From Tubiluchus corallicola (taxonomy: Eukaryota > Animalia > Priapulida): DNA of 64,000 nucleotides. The translations under genes were made by a program, and so were the position numbers. Positions 1 through 11,200 of the stretch are shown piece by piece. How positions within the stretch are numbered: position 1 is the stretch's first letter; each line of letters opens with the position of its first letter. The stretch spans positions 429,005 to 493,004 of the forward strand of contig JAQGDQ010000119.1 in assembly GCA_030141605.1 (NCBI GenBank), given 5' to 3'. The notes beneath the pieces are model-generated. The model ran no database searches. It saw only the letters and a list, made by a program, of their open reading frames with translations, and was not told the origin of the DNA.

Positions 1-150
1 ACAAGAAAAAATGAACTAGGTAAGGTTTTAGCTAGCTGTTAAAACTGTTACTATTACAGCAGCATCGGCTGTGAAATTGCATAAATGCATTGTTTGGTAC
101 TCTTAACCTGTGACCTTTTCACAATAATCATCAGTTGCTGGAACTAAAAA
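1..150 (+). mobile_element. Interspersed repeat family A (SINE-like), partial copy
   Basis: acaagaaaaaatgaactaggtaagg... matches 34225 onward (+) and 8145-8300 (-). Confidence 0.65.
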
Positions 151-369
151 GGCTCATTAACTGCCTGGCACGGCACAACAATGAATGCTTGAAATTTTAA
201 ATACAGAATTGTGAGTCATGGTTACAAGCAGGAAAGCCATGGCAAAAACAGCAAATAGAAAAGCATGTATTTGCTTAAAAATAGTGAGGGGAGAAATCTG
301 TAATGCGGTTATGATCTCGTCATGTAACAGACACTGAAAGAATCATTTTCGAATATGTTTAATGTCCAA

Positions 370-477
370 GGGTCCAGTTTCACAAAGCCATCACTAACTC
401 ATAGACATTATTATTAGTTTAGTGAATATATTAACAACATCGTTAATTTAGTGGCAGCTTTGTGAAATGGGCCCCAG
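370..477. mobile_element. Small MITE-like palindromic element
   Basis: Terminal inverted repeats gggtccagtttcacaaagc / gctttgtgaaatgggcccc. Confidence 0.55.
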
Positions 478-1010
478 GGGTTTGAAACTGAACATTTTCG
501 ACACCCGAACAAACCTATACATCAAAATGTGCTACATCCAAACAAGACTCAAAATAAAGGTAAGAAAATAGGCATGTGATCACTGATCATAGCGTATGTT
601 TAGCAACCAAAGGCAACTAATGCTGACCTTGGAGGCAAGTGGATGAATGACCAACAGAAAAAATGCTTATCTGTTATACTTCCTCTGGCTATTCAAATCA
701 GACGCCAGAAATTGTCATGCATCTGAAATTTGCTAAGGGACCTAGCTGATAGTATTTCTTCTTGGAGAACTACGACTGGTAATCAGCCAGGTTCTGTATT
801 GCAACAACCAATGACAATAAATAGGCCCTGCTACTGAGCGTCGGATTCTAACTTGAAGAGCGTAGAACTATACAAAGTCACTAAACCAAGAGCTGCCCAG
901 AAAATATCTAAATATTTAATTACTTTGTCACCAGATGTCAGCACAGATCCATTTACATTAGGATGGGAAAGAACCATTTAGCTAAAACTGAGCTCTTGTT
1001 TCTGTTTCAG

Positions 1011-4000
1011 TTGCCATACTATATCGACGGTGATGTGAAGATTACACAGTGTAATGCTATCCTTCGCTATTTGGGACGAAAGCATAATTTAGGTACAGCT
1101 TTGGCCAATTTAATAATATTGATAAAAATCAGTTGCTATTTTTTAGCAATTTGGTTAGCAGCTAAATGAAACTTATGTCCCAAACATGCAATGTTCTTGT
1201 TTTTTGGTAGTTTTTCAAACTTTAAACTATCTCCAGAAATTCCATATGTTCAATATAAGGATTTTTAAGTGAAGGTAATTCATGCATAGGCAGTATTTGA
1301 ACCAGTGATCTTTCGTTTACAAGGCAGGGCTTTTTGCTGCTACTGATTATTGCAAGAATTCAACTAAGATTCTTGCAGAAATGAAAAGCAACTAGTTTAA
1401 TATTTAAAAATCACAAAGTTGAAAGATTCAAAATAAACCTCTTGCAGAAGCAAAGACGGAAGAAGAGCGAATCAAACAGGACGTGCTGACTGACTACGCA
1501 GCTGACATGAAATGGGCTTTCATACGTATGACATACAATCTTTACAAACAGGGCTATGTAAGTTGGATAATACGTGTATTATAAAAAATATTTTTATAAT
1601 CACATAATGATATAATGTAGTTGACAATGTCCGAGACCAGTTCCTAAATGCCCACTTTTGAGTGTTAGGTGTTAACTGACTGAGTCCAAACCAAAGTTAG
1701 TAAATACAGGTCTCAAGTTCTAGGTATTCTGTGGTGTAAACACTTCCTGGCTCTTATATGCCGTTGAATAAGAGTTTTTCATCAACTCTTAGTACACTGA
1801 TGGTTTATGATCAGTAATTTTTATAGCCACTAATCAAATTTCTACTGTGCGGCAGAAACTAAAACAATACAACTTTTGAAATGATAAAGCTTCTCATCTC
1901 ATAAAAAACCTGTTTCTGCAAACTTGAATAAGAAGACATCATTAATTTTTATCAAATCACAGACTGAACATTTGACTCGCGTTTGTCAAACATATAAGAC
2001 TGATTATGCATTATTGAACAATCTTTAAATAATTCATGATCTCGGATGAACAATGAGTAAATTTATGCAACTTATTTCAAACTCAGGGAGAGCTGCTGAG
2101 AGTTAACTTGTGCAATAAGTTGCTAGAGAAGTTGCCAAGGTGTTCACACGTGCAACTTTACTCTCAAAGAGAAGTTGCCAAGGCATTCACACGTGCAACT
2201 TTACTCTCAAAGAGACGTTGCCAAGGCATTCACACGTGCAACTTTACTCTCAAAGAGAAGTTGCCAAGGCATTCACACGTGCAACTTTACTCTCAAAGAG
2301 AAGTTGCCAAGGCATTCACACGTGCAACTTTACTCTCAAAGAGAAGTTGCCAAGGCATTCACACGTGCAACTTTACTCTCAAAGGGAAGTTGCCAAGGCA
2401 TTCACACGTGCAACTTTACTCTCAAAGAGAAGTTGCCAAGGCATTCACACGTGCAACTTTACTCTCAAAGAGAAGTTGCCAAGGCATTCACACGTGCAAC
2501 TTTATTCTCAAAGAGAAGTTGCCAAGGCATTCACATGTGCAACTTTACTCTCAAAGAGAAGTTGCCAAGGCATTCACACGTGCAACTTTACTCTCAAAGA
2601 GAAGTTGCCAAGGCATTCACACATGCAAATTTACTCTCAAAGAGAAGTTGCCAAGGCATTCACACGTGCAACTTTACTCTCAAAGAGAAGTTGTGAAAGA
2701 AGTCTCTATGTCTGAATGCGCGCCGTTCGAATGCCAAGGTGAAAAATGCTGGCATCGGGCAAACTATCAGATTTACTCAATGTCACTAACGAAGCTAAAT
2801 AAAAGTATATGCTCTCTAATTACAGCCAACACCAGCTTAAAAATGACATGGCTTTATTCAGATACAACATCGGCAACGTTTTGTTGCAACATCAGACGTT
2901 AGCTGGCTGTCATTTTTATTTTAAGAATTTGATTTCCCCATCAGAAACCAGCTCTCTAATTATCATTATAAAATTTTCAACAATCTAGTAAAAGCACTCA
3001 TCAACTTATTCAGTTCTGACTAATTCATCCTGTAAGGTGATTTGGACACAAGCTGGACGTATATAATAAAGACAGGCCATCCTAAGTCTTATTGTTTGCT
3101 TTATAGGATCTTTATAAGGGACTCGTAAAGTCAGTCAGGCATAATTTGCTGTTGACAGTGTTTACTCACTCTGAAAATTGCTTTTTGTTAGACTGAGCTT
3201 GCAACATTAGACTAAAAGAATATAAAAAAGTAGTCACATATTGTGCATTTGAATGTTAGTCATGCTAATTAAGTGCATCGTACATTTTCTGCACTAAATA
3301 GTAACACATTTTAATTTTATTACCAGGAGACACTGAGGGAAGACTATATGAGCAAACTGCCCGACGAAATGAAACGAATATCGAACTTTCTGGGTAAACA
3401 AGACTGGTTTGTCGGCAATCACCTGACTTACATGGATTTCGTCATGTATGAAATACTGGATCAACACAAGCTTTATGCACCGGACTGCATGGACAACTTC
3501 AAAAATCTTCATGATTTTCATTCCAGGTTTGAGGTAATGGAAGATGAACACTTTTCAATAGATTACAAATACTTTTTTGCAGATTACCACAGAGGCCTCT
3601 AATGGGAGGTTAATTTTTTAAGATAGCCAATATGGAATAACTGCATAAATTACTTATAAAAAAACAGTACGTTAGAATAGTATAGATTAATGTTCTGCAA
3701 TACAAAGGGAAGGAGTCATCCCCTTTGGGGGCAGTTTTCGAAACTAGTTTGTGGAAGCAATTAAAGCCCATCAATGTACTTGGAATGACAGGCTTCACAT
3801 TTGCAGTAACTGGTGGAAAAATTCCAAAAAGCAATTATCACATTAACCAAAAGTTATTACTAGTTGCACAGTTTCCTGGCCATTTGGCTAAAGTACATTC
3901 TAATGCAAAAAAATATTCAGAATATCTTAGCAACAATACATTTTGATTGTAATTTGCTGTCCAATCAATTTAACCAACCTATTTTAATCCCATTTAAACA

Positions 4001-4124
4001 GTTTTTAAGTAATAGGGTTTCATGTTATTATCTTTAGGCGTTACCAGCTATCAAAAGATATATGGAATCTGACAGGTTCATGGCTCATCCAGTAAATAAT
4101 ACAATGGCTGTCTGGACAGGTTAA
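1011..4124 (+). CDS. GSTM: Glutathione S-transferase, Mu class (3' part; first exons upstream of window)
   Basis: Phase-consistent GT-AG exons 1011-1092 ([27 protein letters not shown]), 1448-1557 ([14 protein letters not shown]...), 3327-3533 (...[27 protein letters not shown]...RFE) and 4038-4124 ([28 protein letters not shown]). Motifs match the GST-mu family (LPYxIDG, ITQSNAILRY, F+GxxxTYxDF). Confidence 0.93.
2126..2693. repeat. 43-bp minisatellite, 13 full copies, in GST intron
   Basis: Unit gagaagttgccaaggcattcacacgtgcaactttactctcaaa, nearly invariant. It accounts for the three overlapping repetitive ORFs. Confidence 0.97.
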
Positions 4125-5208
4125 AACAACAAGAAGAAGAAATTCGATTTTGAAACTAGAAGAACCATGTTGCATATTATGACTAAATGAATCACATCAG
4201 TGCTGCCAGTTATCTTGCAGAAAGTGTTGCAAAATTGTTGTTAGATCAACACATTTTTAAAAAACTAGATTAGTTTGTTTTATAAAAAAAGATAGAGACA
4301 GATAATTGAAAACGTATTTGGAATTTTAGATTTGTAGACATTGTTTGTTTGCTATTTTGCAAACTTGTATCTTGTCAAAAACAGCTTTTCTTTCTTGACA
4401 AAAACAATAGAGATGTATTGAAAGCTTCAAAAAATTACTCTTTTGAAAGAAAAATAAACTATAAATGTGTGCTTGCACAGCAAAAATGTTCGGAAGTTGG
4501 CACTAGAGCTTTTCTAGTTATTTACATATCCTGAATCTCAATTTCATGAGGACTATTTTAGTAACAAGTTTGCTGATCTATGTTGTTTCTAACCTGAGAT
4601 GATCCACATTGAAGCAGGCTGCACACAGAAAAACATAATCTCGAGAAAATCGTTGTTAAAGTTTGCCATTGTTTTTTGTCGTGCTTCCACAAAAACACTT
4701 AGCAATAGTACCAATGGGTGGTTGCTATGAACCTTGAAAGAGCACATTGAAGCTATGTTTAGATCCTGTACTTGGCTCTACCAAACGAACATCTGGGCTT
4801 GGGAAAAGAAAAAAAACGCAAGCAAAATGACTGCTTCCACAAGCTACTATCCGAGCTTGAAAATACGAGTTTCTAGTCAGAGGAGTGAGTATGGAGTTAA
4901 AAAATTAGGTTTTTAGTAGTTTCTATACAATTTCATAACATTTTGATGCTAGAACATAAAAGTCCAATGTAGTTAGCATTTGTCTTTACAGGAAACAAAA
5001 AACTGATATTTGACCAAATTTTTAGTCCATCCTACTATGAAGCATCGTAACCCAGTTTAAACTATGCTGACTTGTGAACGGCTTTGGTTTGCAAGTATAC
5101 AAAAAATGTAGAGTATAAATGTAGCATCAAAGCTAAACAACTAAAAATATAGGATATGCTGATAGAGATTATGGAACCATTGTAACTCACCGGAATTTGT
5201 TTTGCCGC

Positions 5209-8200
5209 TCAAAATGCCAATTCCCATATGCAACAGGGAGGGGGGTCTTGCATGAAAGGATAAGCAACCTTTTGAAGTTTATCTACGTTATACATTTTAT
5301 GAAACTTAAAATTAAGTAAACTTACATTATTAACAGGCTGCTCGAGAGTATCACAGTAATCTGTTTCAGAATCAGAATCAGAGGCTATAGAAGCCACGCC
5401 ATTTGTGCCTGCATGATTTCTACATGGTTCGTCGCTGCTTTTTAAATCACCTAAAAATAAAATTAAAGCTCTGAATACAGAAACTGCTGGTGACGATGAT
5501 GATGTATAACTACATTTTTTATATAGCAGGATGACGAAATAGCTGAAAAAGACGATGACAGTTAAGCAACATGCCAAGCCCGGCCAATAAATAGATAGGT
5601 GACTGCTAGGAAAACTATTTCTAACCTTTTTGATCTAACATACCCGGCTATTTATCTGGATTATGTTGTTTTAATGTTTCAAATTTGGTAATACAAGTTG
5701 TTGCTAAAAATGGCTTTGGGTACCATTTAAAAAAATGTCGTTAAAATGAAAGGCATGTTAAGTGAGAAAAGGGTGTCAAATGTTCACCGTTTGTTAAAAT
5801 GAAACATTGCTACATGGGGAGTCATTAAGCAAGGAATTGCTGCTAGCATGATACACTATATCAAACATAAACATACAATTAGATATTCACAGTCTTATTA
5901 TGTGTTTATTAATTAATTTACAACACAGTACAGAAAAATGAAATGTTACTCTATCCTGTACAATTTTATAAACAAAAGCTTTTTCTGGTGCCCTGAGACC
6001 ATTTTATTAGGGTAAACAGTAAATCAGCTCACCCACACACAACAGTAAGACCGTATGCCAACCTGTTAGTTTGTAAGCCATTTTAACAGTCTAGCTGCCT
6101 TGCACGCCCACTAAATGCTATTACTCATCACTCTTATACTATAATGCAACAAACCAATTTATACAAGCACTTCACATACTTTATGAAATGCCTTGAAACA
6201 TAAAAATATTAAAAACAAATGGTCATGACTGTACCTATACAGTCTAGCAGTCACCTTCAGTATGATATAGGTTACCAACACCTACACCCATTTTTATAGG
6301 CACTAATTATATTTGCATAGCAGCCAAAGATAGTTTGCAATGAAACAAAATTGCAGTGAAAATGAATTCAACTGTTTTACAGTACAGCCCCCTGCACTCT
6401 CTTTTCTACATCTCTACTTTACTACCTATTAGCTTTGGCATTTAGTTAAATATATAATTAGTTCTTTTCATGTACTCAAGGTTCTGCCTGCAAAAACTGG
6501 TTGTTGTTTGTAAACCGTCATACTGACTATGACTGCTATATTGTACAATTAGAATGACTACTTTCAATGTTTTTATATTTTAAAGTTTTAAAGAAAGGAT
6601 GTCTTTTGCTATCTTTTTCGTAATAAAGTAATAATTTGATTAAGTTTTCAAATTCTTAATAGCAAGAACAACATGAATGGTAATGTAATAGTATAACAAT
6701 ATTTTAAAAAACTCCAACCTTTTTTCTTGTCCTTTTCAACACACACTTCAGTTTCTTCTTCTTCTGGTGTTGGTTCTGTCTCTATAACCAACTCTTCTTC
6801 GCTCTCTTCCACAGTTTCCCTCCAATCCTTCGACACTTCATTGTAGCTGTGAATGGGACTAAAATCGGGAAGGTCAACATGACGGCCGCCATTGACATGA
6901 TGATCATGATACGGAGAGGAATTGTCAGTGGCGAGATAGTGGGAGGCTTCGGACAAGCCGGGCGGCACTCCGTTTTGTGCATGAGCAAAAACTGTGAGGG
7001 CCTCTCTCAGTTCTCGGTCATTCCCCAATTGACCAGAATCTCTGAAATAACAATCGAAACATTTATAAGATCAATTCTAACAAAGACAATTTGAACAACA
7101 ACGTAGAAAGATAAAACTCCTTAAATAAATAAAGACAAAAAGAGAAGTCACCATATATCAAAGAAAGGGGAAAAACTTTCTGCCAACTTAACTTCAATGA
7201 TTATTTACCAGTAGTTAATGGCCAGTATCTATCACCATTCTGGACAATTATACTAGGGTTATGTTTTTACAAAGCAGATGCTAAGCAATCGGCAGGCATA
7301 TTTCTAGTATAAAAGAAACCTGTCTGTATCTCAGACACTGCTATACTATTAATAATAACAGTATTAATATTAACAATACAAAGTTTTAGCAAAAATGAAA
7401 TGACCATAAGAAACTGCGACCACGAAATACTGCATTACATGTAGTACATTAACAGTGACAAGCAAAATGATTGTAGATTAATTTGAAATGTTATTTGAGA
7501 TAAAAATTAAACTAGTGATTAATGTTGATACGGATATCAGCTTCATATCCGAAAATGGTGATAATCGCGAGATTCTGCAGGTATTTATAAAGATATTATC
7601 CAGCAGATATAAAAATTTGATATTCGCTACCTGGTTTTTTGTAATGTGCAATTGAAAACGGTTTTCAAATAATTTAACAGCCAAAAATAAACAAATATTG
7701 CCAAAAAACTTGAAGATCGTTTTACCCTATATTTATGTTTTCAAGACAAAAATTTGGGCTAGGTCTTTTAAGATGATAGACTAAATGAAAATGCTAGAGT
7801 TTGCAAACATTTACTAATTTTTCATTATCCGAACTGATCCGCATGTTCGATCCGAATTTAGCTAACCCATCCGGTTAGAATGCGAATCCGGAAGTCAATT
7901 TGAGGAAATATTTGATGATATCTAGTATTCGCTATCCGGTAAAAAGTGCATCCAGAGCAACACTACTAGTCATGTAATGTAGTCATTCGTGAGCTACTCT
8001 GGAATATTACTTAATTTTGCCGACTATTCATAATTCATTTTTAAAAATGTTTCCTAAAACTGACCAAATTAAGACTAGCAGTCACACACAACAGCTATTG
8101 AGGTGAACCATCAGCAGGTTGTCACCACTCGCAAGGAAACAAGCTTTTTCACAGTTCCAGCAATTGATAACAATTGTGAAAATGTCAAAGATTAAGTGTA

Positions 8201-11200
8201 CCAGACAACGCATTTGTGTACACTTGACAACGCCTTGCAGCCCATGCTAAATAATTGTAATAGTTTTAACAGCTAGCTAGAACCTTACCTAGTTCATTTT
8301 TTATCGTTCCCAAGCAAGATCTTGCTAGTAAATGCATAATTAAGTAAAGTCAACGTAAAACAACTGAAGTTACTGAACTGATGTGGCAGATGGCTTTGCT
8401 TTACCCACCCGTCATGTGACTGTTGTAGTTAAGACGCGTTGCTGTGGTACACTTAACCACTGACCTACACTGTTGTGCATGCACAGCTTTCAATAAGGTA
8501 TTATTCAATACAAAGTTCTGCCAAAATAACTTGTGCCTACTCGCAAAAACTTTCAATAACGTAAATTCAACAAAATTTTGTGCTGACATACTTTAAAGGC
8601 ACTCCTCGTTTGTGGATTGGCGTCGGAGTGTCCTGATCCTGATCAACTTCTTCGTAAAAGGGTCCCAACAGGGCAATAAAATCTGCCACCTTATCCGTGA
8701 ATGACATGGTTTCGATTATCTGCTTTAGTTCCTCCACATACTTTTCCATTGCCGTTTCCTTGTCCATGTCACCGAGTGCATTCCACGCATCCCTTTAAAA
8801 GAATTTGTTATTCGTAGTTTTTCAAAATTCAGTTTAAGTCCTTACTAACATTAGACATTTACCCAGTTTTGACAACCCTGCATAAAACTGCCACTAGTGA
8901 CTACATGCAAGAGTTTTTTATTTATGTGTGCCACTAGCAATATTACACGTTTTCTGATAATGTAGTTTCCTTAGTTTCATTGTTAAGAATATTAGGGCAC
9001 AAATTCACATGAAAATGTGGGAAGAAAATAGTGCAATATTAAAGCCTGCAATGAATAAAATGTAACTCTAGTGTTAACGTGTTTCACATGTTGAGTGCAA
9101 TCCTTTTGAACAAAATAATATAAAATTTGAGCTTTTAAATTTGTCATATTTAACTACTTATACAGGAACTAAAAACTTAGACAGCTATTTATTATTTTAA
9201 AAAAGACTTTCCTCTATAAAATAGCAAATCAAAAATAACACATTACATCAACACAAGTGCTTTTCCATTTTCTTTTTGTACAGATGCAGGAGTTCGATAT
9301 AGGTTAGGCTTTTGCAATACATCCAACAACGAAATGATACTTTAGCTATCATTACATCAAAAAAATCACAAACAGATTTGAAAACAGGAACAAAAATGGA
9401 TGAAGAATAAACTGGGCATTAGTCAACCTCAAAAACTGTCCTCTGATGAAAATACAAAAGGGCTTGGAATTAAAAACCTGAAATTTTTGTAACTGAATTG
9501 AATTGATTGAACATTGTGCATCTCGAAAGTGGGAAATTTGAATTTTAAATGCTACGCTAATTTGAAGAATTTTAACATAGCAACTAGTTTAAAAATCTGA
9601 AGCATTGAAATGCTAGACAAGTGAAATGAACCACCTGTTTTACCATTTTGCTTTTGCCACAACTTCATAAAACGCAGGACGAGGAATCTTGCACGGTCCC
9701 TCCATGGCTTGTTTATAATACGCATAAAACTTCAACATCATTTCGTTGGAAGGCTTGTACGTTCCTGGAAATGAAAAAAATACAGGTGACAAACAGACAA
9801 TAATATAATTTACAAAAGCAGTTTTTAAACAAGATTTAGCATCTTCTAATATATAGCTCGAGACCCACTATATCTGATACGACACATGAAATATGATACA
9901 AGTTTCAACCAAAAATCATTTATACATTTTATCATGACTGATGAAACTTAAGGATATCGCATCCCATTTTTATTGCCTAACAACAGAATACCGATTCACT
10001 CCAACACTGATGTCTAGACTACTTGGCCTTCAAGTACTATGAAGTTAGGAATACATACTTGACCAATCAGATTTGATTTCCTGAACTACTGAACTCAGTG
10101 TTCTTTTTATAAACTGCTGAGGCCTTTTATGAACTCAGTTATTGCCATGACAAAGTTATTTTAAGGTTTAATAATTTCGTAAGAAGAAACAGAAGCCCAG
10201 CTATGAGAAACGAGAAATTTAATTTAAAATGGGTTTAGATAGATTTAGGGGTAGGACTTGTTGTTGCGTTCGTGTGTTGTAGCTTTTAATCGGATCATAT
10301 AGTGTGAAGTCATAAGTTAACAGAAATAGCATTTGAACTGCGGTCTTGAGAAAAATGGTTTTCGTTTTATTATGTAAAGTACTATGGATAGTATTATGTA
10401 GTTAAGTAAAGAAAATAATTTGTTTCCTAGTCCCAAAACTAAGTCAAACAACAACAACAAAGTTACATGTTTTTTTTTATTCCAGTTCCGGGGTTTCAGC
10501 TCCATTTCTACACTGCCTCTACTCTGTTCTCTGGGGGAATCTCTGCCTCATCTCTTTTTTAATGCCCGAACTACTTTTACACCAAGTACTATGCGTTGTT
10601 ACACTAACGATGTAAGCACAAAAGAGCTATGGTAAAATGCTCTAGATCGTGACTTTTCAACTGTCTAAACTGGTCTAACTGGTACAATGTTCATAGTAGA
10701 AACAAGGAAATACCTTAGAAGACATATTCTCACAGAGAAAAGGTTTAAATACAAAATTCAATCGTACGAGTTTGTAAAGGAAAAATCAATAAATCTATAA
10801 CAGACTTAAACAAGAACACGTGAGATCAGAACACAGCAAAGGAAATATAGATTATACCTTATAATATCTAAGAAAGATAAAGCAGCTATATTATATGGCT
10901 TCTTTTGGCTCGGGTAGCATATATAACTTGTGTTTTATAAACTATAACTGATTTTTTGTACCACACACTTGTGGGATGATTGTGACACACTTTCAGTATA
11001 CAAAACAACAAATACCTCTAAAATCAAGAAAATTTGTAACTATAATTGTCTCTTCTTTGGAACTATAATTGTAACACACAAGAGTCATAATTTCTACTAT
11101 CAGCCCTTTGCCCCTTAACAATTTTTTGGCATGTTTTATGAGTCGTGGCTATGCTTCTACTTGTGTGATAAAACTTTGAAAAGCTTGCTTTCGTTCTTCT

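Noticed and set aside
2108-2902. Three long overlapping ORFs / CRISPR-like appearance
   Set aside because: Pure 43-bp tandem repeat with no unique spacers, inside a eukaryotic GST intron; the ORFs arise from a stop-free unit.
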